Assembly: GCF_035594765.1 (NCBI RefSeq)
Contig: NC_085843.1
Location: 72,207,971-72,271,970, forward strand
From: Anolis carolinensis
Lineage: Eukaryota
Reading direction: 5' to 3'
DNA length: 64,000 nt
Numbering within the stretch: the first letter of the stretch is position 1; the number at the start of each line of letters is the position of its first letter. The notes beneath the pieces were generated by a model. The model was not told where the DNA came from, ran no database searches, and was given only the letters and a program-made list of their open reading frames with translations. A program made the position numbers and the translations under genes. Below are positions 1 to 10,735 of the stretch, in pieces.

Positions 1-620
1 AGAATTACTGGTCATCCCATCTGGCTTGAAAATAGTATGACCAGTGTGAAAAATCATAACATGGGATAAAGAGGATCTAGTAGCTATAATTTCGGAATGG
101 TAACTCAGTTTTAACAAAGAGCTAACTAACTTCTTGAGACAGCATATTTAAACTACAATGTTAACTATAAACTATAGAATTTTGCTTCTTTGAAAAGCAG
201 CATTTTTCAGGAATCTTTGTAGAAATTTGTGAGATAGCTCCCTCTGCTGGATCATAATTAATGGTTCAGTCACAAAGAGCTTTCCTATCCTACATTTCTG
301 TGGATGTAAAGTGTTTGTGACAACTCAAGCAAACATGCCAGGAAATGTTGCTTTTCTAGAAGTACTATCAAAGTACTATTCAAAGTAGTTGTTTTGCTAC
401 GAAGGCAATTGTTCTCCTGGATTGTCTTCAGCTTTTAACAACTTGATCAGTATTAAGCATGAAAACACAGAAAAGATGAAAAGTATTCCAAGATTTTGAT
501 GCATTTTATTTTTTCCCAATAGTTGTTGCAATTATTACTGTTCTATTTTGAACATGTTGCAGTCAGGCAGTATGTGTTTTCATGTAAGATGACATTAATA
601 TTTCTCTTGTTTTTCTCTAG

Positions 621-636
621 AAAAAAAATCTTCAAG
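621..636 (+). CDS. JAM2: JAM2 16-nt cytoplasmic-tail microexon (xKKSS)
   Basis: Pyrimidine tract ending ttttctctag, 16 nt, then gtaagt donor. Phases (1 to 2) join the next two exons in frame. Confidence 0.75.
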
Positions 637-1461
637 GTAAGTATGGTTATTTTCTTTTCCCAGCTGCCACTTTTGAATAGTTGAAACGTAAAGTTGCACT
701 CTTTTTCCTTAAGAAAAAAAATATATAGGGGAAGAATTGTTTGCACTAATCATAGTATTTCACTCTACACCATCATTTACAAATTTTGGGGTAGCTGGCA
801 AAAAAGGCTCCGATCAATCTTGATAATACATTTGCTATAGATGTTTAGAAGCAGTAATATAACGAGAGGGAAACTTTCACGCTGTGGCCTTAATCCAACT
901 GCTAGTCCAAATACTGTAGACTCTTGGATCAACTGATGAATGGTAAATAAGTATTTAGTATGGCTCTTTAACCAGTTGCTTTCTCACTGAAAATGAGGAA
1001 GACATACTTTGTAGTTATTGATCAGAAATTCTGGCACACAAAGAAGATAGTTCAAAAACTGTTTTTGCCCTATGGTTGGAAAAATCAAGTGTTGTGTATA
1101 TTTGAAAGTCTTGTAGTATGCTCACTTATGATTAACAATAAATACTAGTTTAATATCATAACATTATAAGACCTATGATAATTACTGTAGGTTTGTTGAA
1201 TGTTATAACTGGATACCAGCAAATATGTAGGTATGACTTCCCATACATGTAGTATGTATTTCAAATCACCAAATCAAATCTGGTTGTTCCCCTATTTGAA
1301 CCAAATGTTCTTTAATTTCAACAACTTGAAGATACGCAACACAAAAGGGTTTGATGGGAGGTAGGCAAATTGTTCTACACAAGTAAGATTTATAAATAGT
1401 TGAATGTCTGCCTGGAACTGCCTGGACAAAAGTTTATACTTTCCCACTTTTGTTTCACTAG

Positions 1462-1501
1462 CAGGAACAGCTCTAAATATAAACCTGGAGGAAATGAAAA
1501 G
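1462..1501 (+). CDS. JAM2: JAM2 penultimate coding exon (SRNSSKYKPGGNEK)
   Basis: ttttgtttcactag acceptor and AAG|gtgggt donor. 40 nt restores frame between the microexon and the terminal exon. Sequence is diverged, so the call rests on splice sites and phase. Confidence 0.65.
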
Positions 1502-1865
1502 GTGGGTATTATATATCCATAGGGCATCAGCAACATTAACTTGGACTTCTTTCATAAATGTCAGCCTTGCATGTTAACATGCTAAATTTATTGTGTACAG
1601 TAAGACCCACATATTCATGGGGTTTGTGGGCTTATCATGGAAATGTAAACCTGGAGATAATAGGGAATCCTATTGAAGTGAATTACTTCTGGCAGATGTG
1701 TACCATACAATTGCACTGGAGGACCTAGAATATGCCTAGAGAGAACACCTCTTTAGAATTTCAAGGTCCTGTGGTGTGACTCTATGGGTCACCTTTCAGC
1801 AGAAGTATACCAGGAAATTGTGTTGCAGAACCTACAAAATAACTGGAGATAATGTATGTTTGGGC

Positions 1866-1981
1866 CAGGAATGAGCAGATTTTGGCTCTCCAGATGATTT
1901 GGACTTCAATTCTACTGGCTGTTAGGAATTGCAAGAGTTGAAGTCCAAAACATCTGGAGGGCTGAAGTCTGCCCATGTCTG
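1866..1981. mobile_element. hAT-type MITE
   Basis: Imperfect terminal inverted repeats (CAGG...GTCTG), 8-bp TSD gtttgggc/gtttggac, palindromic interior shared with other copies in the window. Confidence 0.6.
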
Positions 1982-2901
1982 GTTTGGACATTAGGAAAAT
2001 GGCAGGTATTGGTCCCACGAATACAGGAACCATAGAAGTTGAGCTACCTAGTCAACCAAATCATATAGTGCATCTTTGCCACTTCAGATCTGTGGGGGGA
2101 AGAGAGCAATTTTGAACATATTCCCATATAAACAAACTCCTTACATGTCATGAACAAAGATAGGCTAGATATTTTATTATATATCTTTGTAAAGGAAACT
2201 ATTTTAATTCCATAAAACCTAAAATGAAATTATAGGGTATAGAAAGAAGTGCAGTCATCTCTCTATATTGCGGGTTTAATTAAAAAGCTATCTCGAGGAA
2301 CCTCTAAGTCTTCCACGGTGACTCTGTGATCAATTTTTACTGAAGGCTGACCATAGAATTATGATGGAGGCCATATAGATTCCTAGAAATGATATTTCTC
2401 TAGATATTTTATGGTTGACTTCAGGTGGCCATTTACCATAGTCACACTGGAAAATCTAGGTTCATAGAGGGTATTCTCTCAGGTAAAAAAATGTTTTATT
2501 TTATTCATTCACTTTCATGGTGATCCTTTACCTCTATCTCTTGTAAATGTGGAGGGCTGGCTGCACATTTTATGAATTCTGATGTTTCTCTATTAGCTCT
2601 TCAATATATTGTAACTGGGGAACAGAATTCGTGCTGCACTGCAGTAGTGTCATTATTTAGTGAGTATGAAAGTCAGCCATGTAGAAGTCAAGGAGAAGTT
2701 CATGTGTTTTCATGGTCTTGCCAGCTTTTTACTGACATCTTTTGCTTATTATATTGAGCAAAATGTATATATCTATAAAGACTTCACCAAGTAAGGTACA
2801 GAGATTGTAGCCACAATAATCATATTCACATTGTTCACATTGTGTCCTAAATCTAGAAATATGAAGGGTATTAAAAATTCACATGACCCCTCATTAGTTT
2901 T

Positions 2902-3085
2902 GGGGAGGTGCCCCCAGTAGCACAGTGGGTTAAAACCTTATGCCTGCAGGACTGCTGACCTGAAGGTCGGCTTGCTGACCTGAAGGTTGCCGGTTTGAAT
3001 CCAACCTGGGGAGAGCGCAAATGCGCTCCTTCTGTGAGCTCCAGCTCCATGCGGGGACATGAGAGAAGCTTCCCACAAGGATGGG
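2902..3085 (+). mobile_element. Sauria-SINE-like element, 5' part
   Basis: tRNA-derived head with B-box-like ggtttgaatcc. Body gctccagctccatgcggggacatgagagaagc is shared with the copy at ~38690. Confidence 0.7.
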
Positions 3086-3285
3086 AAAACTTTTTGTTGT
3101 CTGTGAGTCATGGGTCGGTACCACTCACATCAAAATATGATTGTAATATGTAGAAAACATATCTTGATCTAAGTGCTTGAGCATTACGATTCTGGTTATT
3201 GCTTGTTAACTGACATTTTAAACAATATTAAGATGTCTGAATTCTCTAAAGTTATTCCCTTTTCTATTTCATTTTCCCCAATTAG

Positions 3286-3318
3286 GATTTCAAGCACACA
3301 AAATCCTTCATTATTTGA
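3286..3318 (+). CDS. JAM2: JAM2 (junctional adhesion molecule B) terminal coding exon DFKHTKSFII*
   Basis: attag acceptor then GAT TTC AAG CAC ACA AAA TCC TTC ATT ATT TGA, the JAM2 C-terminus with its PDZ-binding SFII. Synteny with ATP5PF. Confidence 0.93.
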   Translation, partial: DFKHTKSFII

Positions 3319-4621
3319 AGAAATACAATTCTCTGCGATCATCAACTGTTCAGCTGCTGCACAGAACATCTCAACTCCATTCTGTAAATGAAAAGAGTGG
3401 TGCATACAGAAAGCCATTGGCAATTACGACACTACTGTTAAGTGGACAGAAGATTGCCAAAGGTTGTTAGTTTATTTGACAGTGATTTTTACTGGAAGAT
3501 AATAGTGCACAAACATATAAAAGGCTTTCTGCTGGGCAATGTATCCACAAAGGTATTGAACTAGGAAAAATAAACAATGAAATGTAGTTCTAGTTGCTAC
3601 ATTTCAATCAGTTACTGTGGCATCAACAAAACTGTAAAAAAGGGCTGGAAGAATTGGTTTTTTTCCCTGTAACACAAGTATACAGACAAGAGTAAGTTGT
3701 TTGTTTCTGCCACAAGATGTGGCAATATCCACTAATTCATCATGCTGCTGTGAATGGAAATTGAAGAAATCCATGGAGAAGAACACTGATAGTCATTGGT
3801 TTAAAGGCAGAACATTTTTACAGTGCTGCTGGGGAACAGCGGCAGGCATTTAGTTGGCCACTTAGAAACCGGATACCAGTCTAGAGAGACTTATTTTTTG
3901 ATCTTGCAAGATTCTAGTGTTTTCAAGAAGCCAGCTGTCTGGGTAGCAAGCACATTTCTGACCATCTAATTCTATCAGCTATTTGTTATTCTCCCAAATC
4001 TGGTTGAGCTTGGACACTGTCAGTGCGGTTTTTTTTTTCATTGTTCATGCCAGGAGGCTAATGATGTCAACATACCCTTTCCAGTAAGGAACTGAAGTTC
4101 AGGAAGCCATCAATTTAATAGGAGCAACTCTGCAAATCACGATAGGCTCAGCACCTGAATTTGCTCTACAGGACATTTGCATTTGGGGGGGGGGGGTGCT
4201 CTTTTCTCACAATTGAGAGCAAGAGTCAGAACTACAGCAGGCATCACATACAGGCTGACAATCATGAGTGGATGTCTGTAACAAGATAGCTAGGTAATTT
4301 TTTTTTAGTATTCTGGGGCATTATGGATATTCTGTTTGCAAGGTGGATTAGAAGAGTGTTACTTACAGCATTTCTTTTTTTACTGTAAGTGCCTTGACCC
4401 TCTCATACCTTATAATCACTGACAGAATTACACAGTTCTAAGTTTGCTGAAGTGTAGTGTTTTTTATCACTTCATTTTTTCACTCTTTTCAACACCAGTG
4501 AGTGGCTTTAAAAGAACAAGCTCATAGATCCTATTATAAATACACTATTTTTGTGTTCGATGATTGCAGTGATGATGCATTGAGACAATTCCACTAATAT
4601 TTTTCATTGTTCATTTCAAAC

Positions 4622-4627
4622 AATAAA
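4622..4627 (+). terminator. Candidate JAM2 polyadenylation signal AATAAA
   Basis: Hexamer downstream of the JAM2 stop. Another AATAAA lies near 3569, so usage is unknown. Confidence 0.35.
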
Positions 4628-4987
4628 ATCAGGTGTAGATCATCTGGTGCCCTCCACATATTAAGTCTCCATACTGCAAGAATGCCAGACAATAGATTGG
4701 GATATTCAGGAACTTTTAGAAATATATACATATAGGATTTTAACTGTTCAAACAATTCTCTTTTAACAGATATAGTTTAACATTTTTATTTCCCATCCAT
4801 AATAGTGCTAAACAGACTCTCTCTGCCATAAACATATAAGCAGTGAAATTTAATTACTTGCCTAATAGGGAAACAGGAACTGTTTGCGTTTATCTCAAAT
4901 TAAAATATTTATCTCATTCTCCCTTATAGAAGTTGTTGCACATGGGCATCACTAAATACAGAAATTCATAGATTGAACACTGAACTA

Positions 4988-4993
4988 TTTATT
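4988..4993 (-). terminator. ATP5PF polyadenylation signal AATAAA
   Basis: tttatt on the + strand, about 70 nt past the ATP5PF stop. Confidence 0.7.
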
Positions 4994-5062
4994 GAAGTCA
5001 CAAAGACTATTCAACAAATCCAATCCGACACAGTTGCTTGATGTGCACACACGACCACATCA

Positions 5063-5091
5063 TCACTTCTGTTCCTCTTCAAACTTAGGTT
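5063..5091 (-). CDS. ATP5PF: ATP synthase peripheral stalk subunit F6, last coding exon (EPKFEEEQK*)
   Basis: ttggcag acceptor. Reads (G)AA CCT AAG TTT GAA GAG GAA CAG AAG TGA in frame with the upstream exon. Confidence 0.9.
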
Positions 5092-5874
5092 CTGCCAAAG
5101 GGGAAAACAAGGTGTTAGTATGAAAAAAAACCCTACAGGAAAAGTATTGCAACATGATGTTAGCAAATTACCAGAAATTAAATGCAACATCATAAATGTT
5201 TTTCCTGACAGCATATATCTACAGCTTTAGCTTGGCAAGTATACAGTGATCTTTCCAAATATCCGAAGGATCAGGGTCAGCAGCAAGCACTACTACTGAA
5301 CAATACTATAATGAATGAATCCCTATGAAATATGAGTTGTGCAAGAGCAATGCTTGTTGGTTTCCTTCGGACACAAGTTGTTGTTACCACATTCAAATAC
5401 AAGGAAACAGTAAGATGGAATACTTGGCCAGAAAGTCCACCAAAAAGTAATGCAGAAGTCAAGTATTTGAGCTAAATAAATATTTGAGATTAAAGATCAG
5501 AACTGTAGTATGGACTCTAATCTATCTCTGCCTGTAAACTGCAAATATGTTTGTACACCTTGTTATGCTGCATCAGCTATAACATTTACAAATGTCAAAT
5601 AAAATTTGTTATCAATTGTTTTTACATTTTGTTATGTTACAACAGATAGAACATTTAGCACAGTTTGCCACAGTTATTTATTTTGTTTCCAGAAATCTTG
5701 AAACAAGTCTTGACTACAACACACACATTGAAATACGTGCAAAACTGAACCTTATAACATCTTACAAATTGGTTCTCCTGCCTACAACCTATTAATGAAT
5801 GTGTGCATAGTCCAAGTGCTGATATATCAATTTCTACACATTCATATATTAACACAGGACTTCCAAAAGCTTAC

Positions 5875-5999
5875 CCTCAAACTTGAAGTCTGGAAATTTG
5901 GTCAGATCTCCACCACCATATAACCGCTGGAGTTTCAGAGTTTGTTCATTCATCTCTTTCTCAAAGTGTGGGCCAGCATCAACAGGGCCACCAGCTTTC
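5875..5999 (-). CDS. ATP5PF: ATP5PF middle coding exon (KAGGPVDAGPHFEKEMNEQTLKLQRLYGGGDLTKFPDFKFE)
   Basis: 125 nt between ag and gtaag. GGPVDA and FPxFKFE motifs of coupling factor 6. Confidence 0.95.
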
Positions 6000-6800
6000 C
6001 TATAAATTCAAGAATCAAACTTTTAGTTAATAATGACCTTAGAACAGTTACAAAAACCTGAGCATGTGTTTGTATTAAAATGGTAGTTATTAAACTGTGT
6101 TCCCTTTGTGACTACAGGGAAAACCCTTCTGAATGGATGGAAAGCTGAAGGATTTAAAAAAAGTAAGAAATAAATCACAACTATTCTTGTCACAGAAAAA
6201 AACAAACTTCTGACAATATTGCAACTGCAAACAAGAAATGATAATAGTGGCCAACACACATTTTGGTGCTTCAAATCTTAGACCTGTTTCTGGGTATATT
6301 TGACCTGCTGATTCCAAAAATGGTACACTTTTCCCCCTTTTAATTCTGGTTTTTGAGACACAGAACACATGCTATTTAGCAGTCTTCATTTGCTCACCCA
6401 TAAGAAATTGTGATAACCATATGTAAGATACTAGATTTGATGCAGCCTATCCAAGCAATTTTCTGAATCAGTACCCCAAATTTCCTCAGGAACAAATCTA
6501 AAAAGCTAGACACCAAGACAAACACTTTTTCTGTTTCCTGGGCTATGTAATGGGAGAGATATTTCACAACAGTGGGTGTAGCAAAGAAATATGTTCAGGG
6601 GAGAGGCTGAGGAACTGAATTCTTCAAATGCTGTATTTAAAAAAAGAGCTGAATAAGTTAGTTTTTTTTTGTCTTCCTATTAATTACCAAAGGAAGTGCT
6701 GGAAGAAAAATGGACAAGAGTCCTGTTTCACTGCACTATGGCACATCATTGGTTGGTTGTGAACAGCCACATTCTCATATAAATCCTATAGAACATTGTA

Positions 6801-6935
6801 TGACAGAACAAATAGGGCTGACTACTCAAGAATAGTATGTATCAGACACTTTGAGGGGTTTTTTGCATATATGCAAAACCCCCTCAAAGTGTCTGATATA
6901 TACTATTCTTGAGTACAGCCCTATTTGTTCTGTCA
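6801..6935. repeat. Near-perfect 135-bp palindrome without spacer
   Basis: tgacagaacaaatagggctg...tgcata|tatgca...cagccctatttgttctgtca. Arms differ only by a few substitutions and small indels. Confidence 0.9.
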
Positions 6936-7215
6936 CAAAGTTTTAAATTCTACCATTAACACTAGCATTTTCTCATATATTATTCTAAATAATTCCAAAT
7001 AAAAGAAATTCTGTAGCTACATGAAGTTTCTTTGTGAACGGTTCAATCGTTATCCACATGCATAATTAGGGCAACATGCTAACACCCTTTTACTTTTGGA
7101 AATTAAACCTTCAGCTCAATTCAATCTACAGTTATGACATACAACTTGATGTTCATAGAGTTCTTTCCTAAGAGATTTAGAATCAGGCTGACTATTGAGG
7201 TCTTCATTTACTTAC

Positions 7216-7385
7216 TGGCTTTTTGTGTTATAGTCTCTGATCTTGTCCACGAAGAGTTTCTGTACAGGATCAAGTTCCTTTGCCTTGTTAAACACAATGG
7301 CAGAAAAGCCAATATTTCTACGTAAGTGGATTGAGAGTGTTGAATGAAAAATAGAAGAAAACCTAAACAGCTGTTGAAGAATCAT
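7216..7385 (-). CDS. ATP5PF: ATP5PF first coding exon (MILQQLFRFSSIFHSTLSIHLRRNIGFSAIVFNKAKELDPVQKLFVDKIRDYNTKS)
   Basis: ATG at 7385, mitochondrial presequence, ELDPVQKLFVDKIR motif, gtaag donor. Three exons total 324 nt = 107 aa + stop. Confidence 0.95.
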
Positions 7386-7429
7386 GATGAATTTGTAGAT
7401 TTTTCAGCTATAAAGAAAAAAAATCAACC

Positions 7430-7752
7430 ATCAGTTATACGCCAGCTGCTTCACACCTACTTCTATATGCTGGGTTCTGCTCCTGTTTTCTGGCGTATTG
7501 GCCATTCTTCCCAACTTAGTGTCGTCTGCAAACTTGATGATCATGACTTCTAACCCTTTCAGTGGTTCTCAACCTCTGGGTCCCCACATGTTTTGGCCTT
7601 CAGTTCCCAGAAATCCTAACAGCTGGCAAACTGGCTGGGATTTCTGGGAATTGTAGGCCAAAACACATGGGGACCCCCAGGTTGAGAACCACTGATCTAA
7701 GCCATTAATAATGGTGTTGAACAGAACTGGGCCCAGGACGCAACCTTCGAAG
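7430..7752 (-). mobile_element. Degraded CR1 LINE reverse-transcriptase fragment, interrupted by a MITE
   Basis: Minus strand reads GCVLGPVLFNTIINGLD and, past the insertion, IKFADDTKLG, as in CR1 RT. Confidence 0.7.
7560..7694. mobile_element. hAT-type MITE (CAGTGGTTCTCAACC family)
   Basis: TIRs cagtggttctcaacct / aggttgagaaccactg. Same family as 19676 and 46428. Confidence 0.8.
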
Positions 7753-8055
7753 ATGAGAAGGAAGCATTGATGAGTGCCCATTGAGTTCGTTCACTTAATC
7801 CAGTGTGGTCCAACCCGTGGCCCACAGATCACATGCAGCCCACCAATTCATTTTGGCTGGCCCTTGCTCTTCTTGCTGGAAAAATATTTTACTTTAACAT
7901 TTGGAAAAAGAAAATCATTTACCCTTCTTAGCCCTTCGATTTTAAGAAACGACCATATAACGGCCATATTGAAGCTTCACTCTGGCCCTCACATTCCTAT
8001 ACTAAAGTTTGATTGGCCCTTGGGTAACTAACACTGACTTAACCAATTACACAAA

Positions 8056-8186
8056 GGGCCCTTCCACACAGGCCTATAGTCCAGAATATTAAGGCAGAAA
8101 ATCTCACATTTTCTGAGAGTGGTTTGAGTTAACCCAGTTCAAAGCAGATACTGTATTCTGGGATATAGGGCTGTTTGGAAGGGCCC
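8056..8186. mobile_element. Small MITE with GGGCCCTTCCA termini (possibly PIF/Harbinger)
   Basis: gggcccttccacacagg ... ctgtttggaagggccc inverted ends. The superfamily is an inference. Confidence 0.55.
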
Positions 8187-8425
8187 TTATTCAAAGACGA
8201 GGCGGGTTTAAAAACACCCCACAGCACCGCCAAAGAAGGCCAAACCTGATGAGCAGGCCCGGTTGTTCCCCTTCCGCCTTGCCTTGGCTGGCGGGTCACC
8301 TTGCGCGAACCTTCCGTCCTCGAGCGGGCCTGGCCCCGCCCACAACCCGTGCAAAGGATTTCGGGAGCGCCGCGTTGAGCATAGGCCTGAGGAGAGAAGC
8401 GTCCTCTCACTCTATGGTGACTTAC

Positions 8426-8490
8426 CGTTCGAAAGACAGGAAAAAAAACAAACCTTGGGAAGGGCGACTTTAAGTGTCTCTTCTTGCACC
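8426..8490 (-). other. ATP5PF: ATP5PF non-coding exon 1 (5' end approximate)
   Basis: Strong minus-strand donor ACG|gtaagt at 8426/8425. The TSS cannot be determined from sequence. Confidence 0.6.
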
Positions 8491-8559
8491 GGAACCCGTA
8501 GGGCTCGCTTCCGGTTTGAAGAGGGAAATGGTAAAAAAACAAAAACCTTGCTGTGAGCA

Positions 8560-8830
8560 GTATAGCGGGCGCCGAGAGGTGGCAGCAGCGGGCGCCGCGA
8601 GGGATGCCGGGAGATGTAGTTCTGGCCCCTGCGCGGGGGGACGGTGTATGTGTGTGTGCGCGCCTGCCTCCCTCCCCCGCCAGGGCCCCGCGCGCAGGCC
8701 TCGCCGCCGGAGTCGCAGCGCGCGCAAGGCCCTTCCCTTTTCCAAGCCGCCGGGACCGCGAGCCCAGTCCGAGCGGGAAGAGCGCGGCCGGTGGGTGGGG
8801 GCCGCGCGGCTGTTTTTGAGGCCGAGGCCG
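8560..8830 (+). other. GABPA: GABPA non-coding exon 1 (5' end approximate)
   Basis: Consensus donor CCG|gtgagt at 8830/8831 inside the CpG island. Confidence 0.6.
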
Positions 8831-9522
8831 GTGAGTCCCTGAAGCGCGAAGGGGGAAGAAGGAAGGGCCGGGGAGAAGGAAGGAAATGAAGCGCTTAGCG
8901 CCGTATCCGGGAGGGAACGAAGGAAGGAAGGAAGGAAAAGGAAGGAAGGAGGGGGTCTCGTGGCCTCCGAGCTTCTGGTGTTTTGTTTCCGTTTCTGCCC
9001 CGCGCGGCGCGAGTCTCATTTCCGTTCCGAGTTCAAACAACAAGGAGGCGCCGCCGCGGGCGGGAAGCAGGCAGGCAAAGAAAGAGAGCTCGAGAGAGGC
9101 CTGGGAAGGGACGCTGGGCATGGAGCCGCCTTCTCTGACAGGGGACGAGGCGGGAAAGGGCCCCTCGCCGCCCCCGCCGCTCTCCTCGTGGCTCCTTCTT
9201 CTCCCTGGAGGAGGAGGAGGCCTCCGAAGCGGCGTCCGCCCTGCTTAAGGCCCCGTTTCAGGGTGTGGAGGTAAACAGCCACCTTCGTTAGAGGCGAAGG
9301 CATTCCTGTGGATCCGGGACCCCCTTCTCCACTTCTCATCTCAGGCTCTGCCTTTGCACCTGGCCGCCCGCAGCGCCTCGCGTCTTAATTTTTAAAAAAA
9401 GTATATTTCACGCTTTCAGTTGGCTTGAGTCTCTCCAAAACTCACCCTAACCTGGAAGAGCGAAGGGCCCGGAAAACACCAGTGGCTTCCCTTTCGCATG
9501 TCGGCCAAAACCATAATTATTA

Positions 9523-9797
9523 CCCTGTTTCCCCGAAAATAAGACGTGCCCTGAAAATAAGACCTAGTAGAGGTTTTGCTGAATTTCTAAATATAAGGCC
9601 TCCCCCGCAAGTAAGACCTAGCAAAGTTTTTGTTTGGAACCATGCCCGCCTAACAACATCAGAGCATGCAGGATCGTTAAATGTATGTACCATAGATTGT
9701 TGTACATGGAAATAAGAGTAGTAACAAGAAATTCATGATAGGACTCACAGTTTGGTTGTGCTGGTTTGTGATGACTACTGTACAGTATATAATAAAT
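9523..9797 (+). mobile_element. Tc2/pogo-like non-autonomous DNA transposon, left part
   Basis: TA followed by ccctgtttccccgaaaataagac, with a repeated gaaaataagac subterminal motif. Confidence 0.5.
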
Positions 9798-10735
9798 CAT
9801 TGGTTCCCAAATTTATTTGGCCTGCCACCCCGTTTCCAGAAAAAAATATGACTCAGCGCCCCCTGGAAAGGGGGGTGGCTTAGAGGGGTGGGGGTGGCTC
9901 CTGCTCAAGAGGGCGGGACTGAGCCTCTCCCCTAGTCCAAGATGCAGGGCAGGGAGGGGGAGGTGTGCGGGGTCACAAATGGGCGGCCAGAACTGGGATG
10001 GGCGGAGTTACGAGCTCAGAGGCAGGGCTGAGCTTCTATCCCTGTCCTGCGGAGCCTGGCAGGACACAGGGGTGGGGCTAGAGGAGGGGGTGGGGCCTCT
10101 TCCCAAGTGCCTGACGCGGCCGAGCCTCTATACCAGGGGTCCCCAAACTTTTCAAACGGGGCCAGTTCATGATCCTTTGGACTGTTGGAGGGCCAGACTA
10201 TATTTGGCCACCGAGCAATAACAACAACAACAAAGAGGGTTGGAAGAGACCCTTTGGGCCATTGAGTCCATTCCCCTTCTGCCTTTGTGCACCGAAAGCA
10301 CAAGCAAAGCACCCCTGTCAGATGGCCACCCAGCCTCAATGTTAATAATAATAATAATAACGGTTGGAAGAGAAGAAGAGACCCCTTGGGTCATTTAGCC
10401 CAACCCCCTTCTGCCCTTGTGCTGTGGGGGCTGGATAAATGGCTTCGATGGGCCGCATCCGGCCCCCGGGCCTTAGTTTGGGGACCCCTGCTCTATACCC
10501 TGCCCCTGTGTTCTAATAAGCACCTCAGGGGAGGTATACAGAGGCTCAGCCCTGTCTCGCGCTTTTGGGAAGAGGCCCCGCCCTTTAGTCCTAAAAGGCC
10601 TCTCAGGAGAGGTATAGAGGCTCAGCCCTGTCTCGGGCTCTTGGAAGGAGGCCCCGCCCCCTTCCCTAGCTCTGCCCTCTGTGTCCCAACAAGCGCCTCA
10701 GGTATAGATTCTCAGCCCTTTCTCGGGCTCTTGTA
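9798..10735. mobile_element. GC-rich non-autonomous element (hAT-like left end) with internal repeats, host to a nested insertion
   Basis: Begins cattggttcccaaa. Internal units ggtatagaggctcagccctgtctc occur three times at 10530-10730. Confidence 0.45.
10134..10490. mobile_element. Nested non-autonomous hAT element
   Basis: TIRs caggggtccccaaact / agtttggggacccctg with a perfect 8-bp TSD ctctatac (10126-10133, 10491-10498). Confidence 0.9.

Larger units (their letters stand above)
8195..9400. promoter_or_regulatory. CpG island / bidirectional promoter shared by ATP5PF and GABPA
   Basis: Abrupt GC and CpG enrichment. Divergent splice donors at 8425 (-) and 8831 (+). ETS motifs CCGGAA (8489) and GCTTCCGG (8507). 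ACTACAnnTCCC motif at 8608-8620 (-). Confidence 0.9.

Noticed and set aside
2902-3010. tRNA gene
   Set aside because: A/B-box-like motifs belong to SINE heads (also 38690, 39845, 47540). No cloverleaf is evident.
8129-9339. Cluster of long overlapping ORFs (up to 330 aa) on both strands
   Set aside because: Expected from stop-codon scarcity in a CpG island. Low-complexity P/R/G/A translations with no recognisable domain.
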